A DNA stretch of 64,000 nucleotides, taken from IMG/VR virus record IMGVR_UViG_3300030339_000003, positions 124,001-188,000 of that record; one strand, written 5' to 3'. Below, piece by piece: positions 27,595 through 36,892 of this stretch; positions within the stretch are counted from its first letter, which is position 1, and each line of letters opens with the position of its first letter. The notes under the pieces are model-generated. The model did not search any database. It was not told where the DNA came from and saw nothing but the letters and a program-made list of their open reading frames with translations. A program made the translations under genes and the position numbers.

Positions 27595-28909
27595 ACCAGA
27601 ACACAGTTTATTTATTGAACCTGTAAGTGGGTTCGAAGCATTCTTAGATCAATACTCCGGGTTGGAAGCTTATAACGTCCCTAACTCTGGTATCTTATTT
27701 CAAATCTTCTTTGAACAAGACGATGGAGAATACGACGCTAAGTGGGCGCGTGCTTTAAACCATTACGTGTTTAACTTTACCACACGTAAACAAGGTATGA
27801 CCGATTACATGGAGTTCTTTGGTTCGCCTTATTTAGGTTTGCAAAAGATCGTCTTTACTACAGCAGACCGCAACCAATGGTTTACTGAAATCTTTGATGC
27901 TGACGAAGATACGATCTATGACAAAATGCTGGCTTCTAAAGTGGTTAAGAAAGAATGGAACACAGTGTCTGACGTATTCAATATGTCAATCTGTTATCTG
28001 ATGTGCCAAGCGTACAATTCCAAGAAACTCAACCCTAAGGAAAAACATCAAGCATTAAAAGACTTAGTGTGTATGTATCACTACAAATGCTTGACCAGTA
28101 TTTTGTCTAATGACTATCCATTCCTGGCGCGTAAAGAAGTGGCTATTGAGACGTATAACCGCTTGTCATTGAAATACGACATTAAGCGTTATGAATCATG
28201 GATGGCATTGATTGAAGCCCGTGCTGAGTTCATCATTGATCCTAAAACGGGTATCCACTTTGATACGTTCACAACCATGCGTAACGATGCTAAAGTCGTA
28301 TACATGATCGGTGACATACAAGACCGTTTGCGTGGTGTCATTAATGACATTAACAAAGTGTTCCATGACGTTAAGAACAAAATTGATATCATTAGTATCG
28401 AAGGTTCGACCGTAAAAATGGAAGACGGCATCACTATCAAGAACGTGGCCAAAGAAGTCCCTCAATATAAAAACTATATTGAACAAGTACTGACTTCTGA
28501 AAACGCTTTCTACAAAAACGAATTGATTCAATACGCGTGCAAAATTGCTGAATTTGGCGCAGAAGATAAATTGTCTTATATCGTCCGTGCTTTCCCTGGG
28601 ATTTATAATTCCAAGAAAGGTAATGAACCAGCAGTTAAGTTTGTTGAAGAATTAACGATTCACCTGTTTGAGTACATACGTTTAAACAATATCAACAAGA
28701 CTCATATTGTCGATATGGCCCGCAAAATGAAAGGCGCGTATAATTCTCCGCGTTCTGTTAACGAAACTGTGTTGTATCTGCGTGCTTTTGGTGATGAGCT
28801 TGTTACTTCCCAAACTGGCATCAAAACACCAAGCAGCATTATTTCACTGCGTACAGCATTCCTTGTGTATATGTGCCTCCGAATTATCGCGAGGGACTAC
28901 TATCAATAG
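27578..28909 (+). CDS. conserved-type jumbo-phage protein, possible head protein
   Basis: 443-aa ORF; N-terminal SGFE/SGLE resemble prohead-protease S/A/G-X-E sites. Confidence 0.65.
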   Translation: MNKAFEPEHSLFIEPVSGFEAFLDQYSGLEAYNVPNSGILFQIFFEQDDGEYDAKWARALNHYVFNFTTRKQGMTDYMEFFGSPYLGLQKIVFTTADRNQWFTEIFDADEDTIYDKMLASKVVKKEWNTVSDVFNMSICYLMCQAYNSKKLNPKEKHQALKDLVCMYHYKCLTSILSNDYPFLARKEVAIETYNRLSLKYDIKRYESWMALIEARAEFIIDPKTGIHFDTFTTMRNDAKVVYMIGDIQDRLRGVINDINKVFHDVKNKIDIISIEGSTVKMEDGITIKNVAKEVPQYKNYIEQVLTSENAFYKNELIQYACKIAEFGAEDKLSYIVRAFPGIYNSKKGNEPAVKFVEELTIHLFEYIRLNNINKTHIVDMARKMKGAYNSPRSVNETVLYLRAFGDELVTSQTGIKTPSSIISLRTAFLVYMCLRIIARDYYQ

Positions 28910-28918
28910 GGGAATGTA

Positions 28919-29533
28919 ATGACCACAGAAACTAAACTTGATCTGTTCATCAAAGATGTAATGGGTGATGTGAAAAAAGAATCAATTGATGAACTGAAAG
29001 ACTTCTTTATCAATACAGACATTGAAAACTTAAGTGCGCTGTATTGGATCCGCAAACTGCATATTGATCAACCGTATTATAATGTCGTTGAACTGTTCCG
29101 AGCATTAATGGCCAAAGAAGTCCGGCACGTGCAACAGTTTACCGATGCGGGGGCAAGGCGACGCGTCTATTCGCATATCTCGAAGTCTGAGATCAGTGAT
29201 GAAAAGGAAGTGTCGCTTTACGTCAAAAGTGCAAACGGGGAAGAAGAAGAATGGATTCCTACTGCAGTAGTCATTAACCAAGGGAAGTGGGTATCGATAC
29301 CACGACCAGATCAGTACGTTGGTTATGGTATTGCGTTGGAAGCTTTACAAGCTGGTTTCTGTGATTACATACGTTGTGAAGACTGGGCTGATCAAACTCT
29401 TTATCTTGAAATAGATAAACGTACTGACAGTACCATGGAACAACGCTTGGTTACCTTAAATGACCAAACTATCTTTACTCCTTCGATGACCTCTATGTTT
29501 AGTCGTCGTTGGATTATGATTAATTTAAAATAA
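28919..29533 (+). CDS. protein with C-terminal DUF2829 (Tad2-like) domain
   Basis: YGIALEALQAG...IRCEDW...LYL...FTPSMTSMFSRRW matches the DUF2829 pattern F..AL..LK.G..V.R..W...W.PS..D....DW. Confidence 0.55.
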   Translation: MTTETKLDLFIKDVMGDVKKESIDELKDFFINTDIENLSALYWIRKLHIDQPYYNVVELFRALMAKEVRHVQQFTDAGARRRVYSHISKSEISDEKEVSLYVKSANGEEEEWIPTAVVINQGKWVSIPRPDQYVGYGIALEALQAGFCDYIRCEDWADQTLYLEIDKRTDSTMEQRLVTLNDQTIFTPSMTSMFSRRWIMINLK

Positions 29534-29547
29534 AAGGACTCACACAC

Positions 29548-29691
29548 ATGAAAAAGGGTATTACCAAAAGACGCATGACCGCGCAAAAGGTCAAAGGTAT
29601 TAACTTGTTCAAACGTTTGCTGGTTAAGAACAATGTTAATCTGAATCGTTCTGATAGTCCCGTGACTGAGGTGGCTAAAGATGGGGAGTAA
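29548..29691 (+). CDS. small basic protein (47 aa)
   Basis: MKKGITKRRMTAQKVKG..., AAGGA RBS; below the ORF-track cutoff. Confidence 0.55.
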   Translation: MKKGITKRRMTAQKVKGINLFKRLLVKNNVNLNRSDSPVTEVAKDGE

Positions 29692-29797
29692 CTATAACCC
29701 GCGTAACCGTAAACGCCGTTACGAGTCCATCGAAGAACGCGCTGCGCGTACATGGCTTAAACTTCTGAAAAGGAGTGGCAAATGTATATCGTCGTAG
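29681..29797 (+). CDS. small basic protein (38 aa)
   Basis: MGSNYNPRNRKRRYESIEERAARTWLKLLKRSGKCISS, GAGG RBS, fills the operon gap. Confidence 0.45.
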   Translation: MGSNYNPRNRKRRYESIEERAARTWLKLLKRSGKCISS

Positions 29798-30324
29798 AAG
29801 GTCATGACCTGGCAGGAAAGGGTGTGTTTATCAATAAGCTTAAAACGCTTTACGGTAGACACAAAGGCGAACCTTTAATTGTTACTGAACCGTATATGGG
29901 TCATCCTACCGGCGTCGCCATACGTCAGTTCCTAGCAGAAAAACATACTAACAGCGAAGAACTTTATCGCCTGTATCGTGAAAACCGTAACTACCTGTGG
30001 TTAGACGTCATACGCCCGGCGTTACAACAAGGTAAAATGGTTATTAGCGATCGTAACTATTTAAGCTCAATGGTGTATCAGGAAAAGATGGGCATGATGA
30101 ATGTCATGAACCACAATACCGAAAACATTCCTGATATGCTTTACCTCATCACTACCGACCATGAAACTTATCTTGAACGTTTAAAGAAAAAGAAAGGTTT
30201 GGAAGTCATTGAAAAAGCATTGGCTAAGAAAGAAAACTTCGACCATTTAGTTCGTCGTTATTCTGAAGCAGCTAAACTCATTGATCGTTTAACCCGTACG
30301 ATGGTTATTAACGTTAAAGGGTAA
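29782..30324 (+). CDS. tmk: thymidylate (dTMP) kinase
   Basis: VVEGHDLAGK P-loop, TEP, ISDRNYLSSMVYQ motif. Confidence 0.92.
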   Translation: MYIVVEGHDLAGKGVFINKLKTLYGRHKGEPLIVTEPYMGHPTGVAIRQFLAEKHTNSEELYRLYRENRNYLWLDVIRPALQQGKMVISDRNYLSSMVYQEKMGMMNVMNHNTENIPDMLYLITTDHETYLERLKKKKGLEVIEKALAKKENFDHLVRRYSEAAKLIDRLTRTMVINVKG

Positions 30325-30326
30325 TA

Positions 30327-30716
30327 ATGGATACGTCTTTTTATGCAGACCCGACTTTAAATATTTATGGTCAAATAGCAGCAAGAACTTTAATCATTAG
30401 CCGTTTAGCTGGTGTTCTTTTTCAGATAGAAGCTGATTTAAAATTGCACCGCATAACGGAAAATAAAGAATCGCATAATCCAGTTATTACTCAAATTGGT
30501 GATGTCGATTATGTTACCGGTTATTTTGTTGACACCGAATTTTACCCATCTTTAAATCATCCTTTATTTGAAAAGTGGGCAACTGAACAATTAATGGTTG
30601 AATCGTCTCGTTTGAAAACACCGTTCGAGCATATCGATATCATGTTCATGCCGGGCAACATTCGTTTAGCGATAGTGTTAAAAGAACCTGTTCATAAATC
30701 TTTAATCAAAGCATAA
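30327..30716 (+). CDS. hypothetical protein
   Basis: 129-aa ORF in operon. Confidence 0.7.
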   Translation: MDTSFYADPTLNIYGQIAARTLIISRLAGVLFQIEADLKLHRITENKESHNPVITQIGDVDYVTGYFVDTEFYPSLNHPLFEKWATEQLMVESSRLKTPFEHIDIMFMPGNIRLAIVLKEPVHKSLIKA

Positions 30717-30720
30717 TACC

Positions 30721-30756
30721 AACTACTACTACTCCCTTGCGGGAGTAGTAGTAGTT
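30721..30756. terminator. bidirectional terminator
   Basis: 16-bp perfect stem AACTACTACTACTCCC-TTGC-GGGAGTAGTAGTAGTT between convergent genes. Confidence 0.8.
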
Positions 30757-30767
30757 ATATGGTTTTA

Positions 30768-31772
30768 TTAGTTTTTAGGAGCGCGAATAAAATAAACGCC
30801 ATCACAAATGTCTTTCTTGATATTTGCCAGCCAATCACTGATATCTAACAAACACCAACAATTGTAATCCGAACGCAATAACCGCATTAATATTTTGGTG
30901 CATTCAGTTTGTTTATCTTCACTAATACTGGAAATTTTTGATTGGAACACACTATTCAGCGTTTCTTTAGTTGCACCATTTTCTATATTAACTTTAGGAA
31001 ATGTCCGCGTTTTAACAATGGCTTCCTCAACCAATTTACAAATATGTGTAATTTGATTGTTCGCTAGATCTTTTAAGTTTTCAATAGTAACGTTATCAAA
31101 GTTAGGTGCAGCATTAAATTTCTCTACCGCTTTGTTTATTGGTTCCAAAGCAGTAGTCATTGCATCAGTACTAATTACTTTAATACCGGCCCAATGTTTG
31201 ATTTCCTCAAACCCATCTATTAACTTAACGGTAGGAACATAAGAAGAAGTGATCGACTCTATACGTGTTCCAAACTCAATATTACATTTACGCAATCTTC
31301 TATAAAGATCATCTAAACGATGTGGGACTAAAACCATTTCGACTTCTTTTTCAGGCTCCTGTTTATCAGGTTCAGCAATCCGCTTAATTGATTTAATTTT
31401 CAGTTTACCTGATTTCTTTTGCTCGGCCGTAGGCTCATGCACTTTAGGCGCGGCAGCTTCTGGTTTCAATTCACTTACCACAACCGAAGTTATTTTTGTT
31501 TCTTCTGGTTTAATGATCGGAATAGTTTTAATGCCTTTTTCTTTAGTTGCTTTACCCGTGCTTTCTTTGCCGGAAAATAAGCCAGCAAACCAAGCGCAAA
31601 ATTGTTTAATTTTTTCCATAATAGAAGCAATTAAACCTTCCGATCCATTAATATCTTTCAGATTACATGCACCGTTAGAAAACATGAGTCCTTGAACATA
31701 ACGCATCGAGTAAGACTCATTACCTTCAATAAGGTCATCCATGCCCTTATTAATTTGTAACTCATTCATCAA
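30768..31772 (-). CDS. putative internal head protein
   Basis: GNES and GSEG followed by amphipathic IMEKIKQFCAWFAGLF, typical of phiKZ-like protease-processed head proteins. Confidence 0.6.
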   Translation of the reverse strand: MMNELQINKGMDDLIEGNESYSMRYVQGLMFSNGACNLKDINGSEGLIASIMEKIKQFCAWFAGLFSGKESTGKATKEKGIKTIPIIKPEETKITSVVVSELKPEAAAPKVHEPTAEQKKSGKLKIKSIKRIAEPDKQEPEKEVEMVLVPHRLDDLYRRLRKCNIEFGTRIESITSSYVPTVKLIDGFEEIKHWAGIKVISTDAMTTALEPINKAVEKFNAAPNFDNVTIENLKDLANNQITHICKLVEEAIVKTRTFPKVNIENGATKETLNSVFQSKISSISEDKQTECTKILMRLLRSDYNCWCLLDISDWLANIKKDICDGVYFIRAPKN

Positions 31773-31824
31773 TAACCTCTTTAAATAATACGTTGGGTGG
31801 CATAAAATTTACCACCCACGTTGT

Positions 31825-34800
31825 TTATGCCGCTCTACGTTGTTTACCTAACCGCTGACTACGTTCAACCTTAGCTTGTTCAATGATACTGTCCACCGTT
31901 CTTACACGTTTATTATCCTTAGGCAACAAGCGCGTCAGCTTATTGATTTCGTATTCTAAACGAGAAGCAAGCAAGTTGTCATTTGTCTTCACGTATTCTT
32001 CAGTTAACTTAATAACACGTAAACGAATCGCATCAATGAATTCAATAACTTTAGGATTATCAAATACCGTTGTTGCGTTTTCTGCAACCAAGTTACGAGT
32101 ACGCGTCAATTCAATCCCAGAAGGAATACCAAAGATTGATTTGTTAACACGTTTAATAAACCAGAACGTTAACAGCCAACTAATGACTAAGTCATCGTGT
32201 CCATCAGTGTCATGGTCAATACGGTCGTGTTTGATTTTCAATGCAATAAGTTCATCAATTAACTTATCGTAGTGAATACCAGCACCCGTTACTCCTACAG
32301 CTTCTTTAACTAAACCATAAAGATCTTTACGTGTTTGAGCATTGGTAACAAAACCAAACATCTCTTTAAAGCGCAGATAAAACTCTTTAGTACGACTGCC
32401 TGGACGAACTCGTTTAACTTCTTCGAATTCTTTTGCATAACGGACTGGGTCATAATAAATGCGGTTAAACATTTTCTTAAACGGATCCATACCTCTGGAC
32501 CACATAGTCGTCAACAGGTTGTCAACCATATGGTGCGCATAGTTACGCTCAATAACCAAAATACTGTTATTGATAGAAGTCAGCAAGTCCATAATAATGC
32601 TTTCAACGTCATCCAAGAAGGCTAAAGGATAACGACCTACCGCAATGGTATCACCGGACACCATAGAACGCACCACAACGGTACAGGCATCTTTATTGAT
32701 CGCAGACGATGTATCACATCCAATTAAGAAGTAGTCGTTGTGTTCAGGCTTACAGGCTTCCATGAGTTGTTCTTTGGTAATAAAGAAATCCATGTACAAA
32801 TTGGAATCTTTATATTCCTTAGACCACAATGCATCGCTTTTGTTTTCACTGAGCTTTTCACGGGTTAAGTCATCGAACAGACGATCTTCACCGTCTTCCA
32901 CCCACATTAACAGCAAGTCAATCTTAGCCTTACTTAAAGACAAACCTAATTCGTTAATGATCTTAGCAACCCAGTTTTTATTCTTACCTAATTTCAGATA
33001 GTTATAAATCATGGATATGGAAGGAGATGCGGTGTTAATATCTTTCACACCCATTGGAGCACGCTTAATGACTTTGTAAACCAAATGAGATTCACTGTAA
33101 CAGTCAAAGAAAGTTTCACGCCATTCAGTTGCATCCATAACCTTTTTATACATATACGCACCGCTTGGATGCTTAATGGTATTTGGGGTTGTGATGTAGT
33201 TGATGCCGTAAGGTAATCCTTTCTTACGCATGTTCTCCATTTCAGTCAGTGCAGAAGGCGTACAACCATCGACGATAGCCATGATATAACTGATATAACC
33301 AGGTTCGTCAAAGTTAGTAGTACCAACGGTTAAACCACGACCCAAGTCACCCGCAGCGGCTTCTGATTGCTGTGGAACGGATATGGTTAATACGTTAGCT
33401 TTACCTTCACCAAAAGCTCGATAGGTTAAGTAAGTCCCTGAGTCTTTGTCTTTGTATGTGGTGTTAACCAAATACTTAGGCATTTGTGTGCGAATGTTTT
33501 TGATGGCTTCAATGAACTGTGCCCGGTTATCTGATTTCAGTGTAATCAGATGCGTCTTATAAGAACGCCCCATGATGTACGTTAACCAGAAGTCAATAAC
33601 TTGAACACTTACTGTGTTGTGTGTAACGATAAAGTCATCGGTCACATAAGTCGAGTCATCGTTATTTACTTCAATACAAACACATTCACGATCACCCGAA
33701 TATAATACCGACTCAACAAACAGTTTGTTAGGGTAAGCAGGAATATCCTTCACATCTTTAAAAGCAAAGTAAGGAATAGCTTCCGGTAAAGTAATAACGA
33801 GTTTATTAATCTTTTCAATAAACTTAGCGGTACCACCTAATGAACGTACCAAGTATTGAACTTGACGCATAAACGGAGTGTTCTTGGTTTTAACAATAAC
33901 ACCGTCAGTTCCTAACGCACCTTGCGCATCCAGAATACCGTGCAGTAATTCCATGCGCGTACTGATACTAGAATCCAGTAAGTTTAATGGAACGCCAACG
34001 TCATTGTTGATAACAAATGCACTGTTATCTTTCTTAACAATCCCTAATCCATTTGACATTACCACAACGTTATAAGTATCAGGAGAATCCCGGTCTAATA
34101 ACGCCTGTAAAGCTTCCAGAGACGATTCATTTACACCAGGCAAGCAAATACACACGGATTCATTTAAAGCGCCTGACAGAGCCCCAAACAAGTAAGCATT
34201 TTTATCGTTAACTTTATTAGTGTTATCGACATTTTGGATTAGCGGTATTTGGATTGGGTCTTTAGTGTAGTCTTCACGTTTAAGTAAATCCAGGAAATAA
34301 GCTGTTGTTGTTTCACTCCATGATTCAACACCACAATCTCGGTTAGTGCGATAACGCCACATATGTTCAGGACAAGCACGCGTCTTACGACCATCACTCA
34401 TCTTAACTTCATATGTACGTTTAAAGCCTTGATAATGTAAGCCGTTAATTAATGCTTCTTTACCGTGTGGATCGATAATCGTGTCACCTGTTTTAAGGTC
34501 ACCAATTTCTTTCCATATTGGGTCGTAAGGCTTTAAAGGTTTAACACGAACCTTGGCACGTTTATCTTGTGCTTTTCCTTGCTGACGAGGCATGATGTTG
34601 TACGTAGTAATGTGGTTTAAATAAGTCCAAATAAAAGACACATTACCGCGGTTAGCCATAAAGGGTTGGTCTTCTTTCAGATGAACCACTTCACGTAAAT
34701 GATACCAGAAGTTTTCACGGTTCTCTTTAGTAATCCAAATCTTTTGTTCGTTGGTTAAATTCGCTTCATCTCGAGGATTGACACCCATCAGCATTGGGTT

Positions 34801-35118
34801 ATTCAATTGCAAAATAAACGCGTAGTTTTTAATACCCTGTAAACGAAACAATTCCGCTGTACGTTTAAAGCTCATGTTCTTTGTGGTGATATCAGGCTGA
34901 GCTTGATAACGATAAAAGTCTTTTAAGAAACGTACCGTCTTAATACCACTTAAAGAATCTTCCCGGAAGTGCTGTAGAATTACCTCATCTTGGGACTTTT
35001 TGCTGGTATCGATTTCTTCCTTTAAGTCATCAACAAAGTATTTAGGCAGTTCTTCAATACCTAAGAAGCGTTGCAAATCCTTAGCAACTTTAAGTTCATC
35101 AAGTAGTGCTGGTTCCAT
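31825..35118 (-). CDS. terL: terminase large subunit with intein (phiKZ gp25-like)
   Basis: Walker A PRQQGK/T split by intein, GRGLT..FDE Walker B, ITTP motif, nuclease IGCDTS and HDD motifs. Confidence 0.92.
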   Translation of the reverse strand: MEPALLDELKVAKDLQRFLGIEELPKYFVDDLKEEIDTSKKSQDEVILQHFREDSLSGIKTVRFLKDFYRYQAQPDITTKNMSFKRTAELFRLQGIKNYAFILQLNNPMLMGVNPRDEANLTNEQKIWITKENRENFWYHLREVVHLKEDQPFMANRGNVSFIWTYLNHITTYNIMPRQQGKAQDKRAKVRVKPLKPYDPIWKEIGDLKTGDTIIDPHGKEALINGLHYQGFKRTYEVKMSDGRKTRACPEHMWRYRTNRDCGVESWSETTTAYFLDLLKREDYTKDPIQIPLIQNVDNTNKVNDKNAYLFGALSGALNESVCICLPGVNESSLEALQALLDRDSPDTYNVVVMSNGLGIVKKDNSAFVINNDVGVPLNLLDSSISTRMELLHGILDAQGALGTDGVIVKTKNTPFMRQVQYLVRSLGGTAKFIEKINKLVITLPEAIPYFAFKDVKDIPAYPNKLFVESVLYSGDRECVCIEVNNDDSTYVTDDFIVTHNTVSVQVIDFWLTYIMGRSYKTHLITLKSDNRAQFIEAIKNIRTQMPKYLVNTTYKDKDSGTYLTYRAFGEGKANVLTISVPQQSEAAAGDLGRGLTVGTTNFDEPGYISYIMAIVDGCTPSALTEMENMRKKGLPYGINYITTPNTIKHPSGAYMYKKVMDATEWRETFFDCYSESHLVYKVIKRAPMGVKDINTASPSISMIYNYLKLGKNKNWVAKIINELGLSLSKAKIDLLLMWVEDGEDRLFDDLTREKLSENKSDALWSKEYKDSNLYMDFFITKEQLMEACKPEHNDYFLIGCDTSSAINKDACTVVVRSMVSGDTIAVGRYPLAFLDDVESIIMDLLTSINNSILVIERNYAHHMVDNLLTTMWSRGMDPFKKMFNRIYYDPVRYAKEFEEVKRVRPGSRTKEFYLRFKEMFGFVTNAQTRKDLYGLVKEAVGVTGAGIHYDKLIDELIALKIKHDRIDHDTDGHDDLVISWLLTFWFIKRVNKSIFGIPSGIELTRTRNLVAENATTVFDNPKVIEFIDAIRLRVIKLTEEYVKTNDNLLASRLEYEINKLTRLLPKDNKRVRTVDSIIEQAKVERSQRLGKQRRAA
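33616..34572 (-). mobile_element. class-3-type intein (319 aa) with degenerate LAGLIDADG domain
   Basis: Starts Ala (AQDK), block B ACPEHMW, block F ECVCIEV, block G IVTHN/T; AYLFGAL and LLHGILDAQG motifs. Confidence 0.88.
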
Positions 35119-35170
35119 ACGTCACCCATATAGATAAAAGAGCTATGGCGTACGCCATAGCTCTGGGTTT

Positions 35171-36892
35171 TTATGCAGTTGTGTCAATAACAACACCTGT
35201 CATAGCGAGTTGTGCTTCATTACCTGTACCGTCTTCTTTAACCCAGCACAAGAACCCTGTTTGACCATTAACTAAGTTAATACCCACGTTCAAGTTCTTA
35301 TTCCAGTTAGCCAAAGTAATCGGCCACTTACGTCCATCAGCCAACATAAAGTAGAGCTTAGTAGGCGTAGGTGCTTTTTCTTCATTCCATTTATCGAATG
35401 AAGGAATGACAGACCAGTACAATGCAGTCAACCAATCAGCTTGATTCGTAAAGCCGTTAGTTAAATTAATTGTAGTGCCGGTATTGTTATTAACCGTTTT
35501 GGCAAACAGTGAATCATAAACCGCAGAAGCACCTTCGTACTGCACACCCCAACGACGACCCGGACCGTTCACGTTATTGTAAAGTACAATCGTGGTGGTT
35601 TGTTTATAGATCGTTGAGTTGTAAGACGAACTCACATCTCTTAACGTCAAGAGGAACGTTAATGTTTGGAGCGTGTTATAGGTGCTTGGTTTGAATACCG
35701 GAGAACTTTCACTGATACGTACTTTGCCAGTGACGTCTACGAATTCTTTACGGTCTAAGTTATAGAAGAAATGTTTTAATGACCAAATACTACCTTGTGA
35801 TTCCCAATACGGGAAGGTATAGATCTTCGGCGCATAAGCACCTTGAACGTTACCCGCAACGATATCGTAAACGCGTGTCTTACGACCGTTCACACCTGGG
35901 TTAGCGATATAGAACTGTTCATCATCAGCCAGTGTATAAACCAACGTCAATTCCGCACGTTGCCCTGGATAAGAAGGACGGAATTCATCTGTGCCGAGTA
36001 ATTGGAATTGATCACCATTAACCACACGCTCATCAATGTCACCGTTACTGTAGTGAACAGCAGCGCTAAACACAATACCTGATAAAGGTGTAGTGATAGG
36101 GAGAACAATTTTGTCCGGAGCATTCGCATCAGTAAACCATGGGCTTACTAACTCAATGTCTTTCACATAACGAACACCCAATTCACGATTACGTAAATAA
36201 GAGTTCTGTTGAATGACAATACGCTGAGAAGGTAAAATAGGCTGTTCGCCATTAAAGAATACCAGTGTCGCACGTGTACCGTTAACCAGCATGTCACTAC
36301 CCAACGTTACGCTGAATTCACTCGTAACATAAATCATTTTGTTGGTGTAGTTATTAATGGCAGCAAGTTCTACCGGGATCTTGTTAGAGATCAAATTACT
36401 GGATGCATCGTAAACCGCACTAATGATTTTAGCGCCATTATCGATATCCAGGTTTTCACCCAAGAACAAATACGCGTGTGTTGCACCGGGACGCATGATG
36501 GTCGAATCGATAGAGGCACGAGGAGGACGAACTGAATAGTCAATCCCCATAATACCTTCACCCGCCAATGGCCCGCCTTTTGTACCAAAAATAACATCTT
36601 GGTCTTCCGTGGTATCTGATTCTTCAGTTACCAATGCGCACGGTTTTAATTCTGATTTGTTCTGGTAAACTTTATAAACGTAATACCATTGCAATTCAGA
36701 ATCGTTCAAACTCCAAACCAGCCAACCTTCTTTAGGTACGACATATTTAGAGATGTCATCAGCAGGCATGGTATCTGGATCCCACACGTCACCGATAAAC
36801 ACAATGTTACGACGCAAACCTTGCCCGATGGTAGTAATATCATTAGCACCGGCAGCAAGTATGTTGCTTGTACTAGGAGAGTCATCAAACAT
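35171..36892 (-). CDS. virion structural protein (phiKZ gp26-like position)
   Basis: Synteny between terminase and sheath; beta-rich; start at MFDDSP after GAGG. Confidence 0.7.
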   Translation of the reverse strand: MFDDSPSTSNILAAGANDITTIGQGLRRNIVFIGDVWDPDTMPADDISKYVVPKEGWLVWSLNDSELQWYYVYKVYQNKSELKPCALVTEESDTTEDQDVIFGTKGGPLAGEGIMGIDYSVRPPRASIDSTIMRPGATHAYLFLGENLDIDNGAKIISAVYDASSNLISNKIPVELAAINNYTNKMIYVTSEFSVTLGSDMLVNGTRATLVFFNGEQPILPSQRIVIQQNSYLRNRELGVRYVKDIELVSPWFTDANAPDKIVLPITTPLSGIVFSAAVHYSNGDIDERVVNGDQFQLLGTDEFRPSYPGQRAELTLVYTLADDEQFYIANPGVNGRKTRVYDIVAGNVQGAYAPKIYTFPYWESQGSIWSLKHFFYNLDRKEFVDVTGKVRISESSPVFKPSTYNTLQTLTFLLTLRDVSSSYNSTIYKQTTTIVLYNNVNGPGRRWGVQYEGASAVYDSLFAKTVNNNTGTTINLTNGFTNQADWLTALYWSVIPSFDKWNEEKAPTPTKLYFMLADGRKWPITLANWNKNLNVGINLVNGQTGFLCWVKEDGTGNEAQLAMTGVVIDTTA

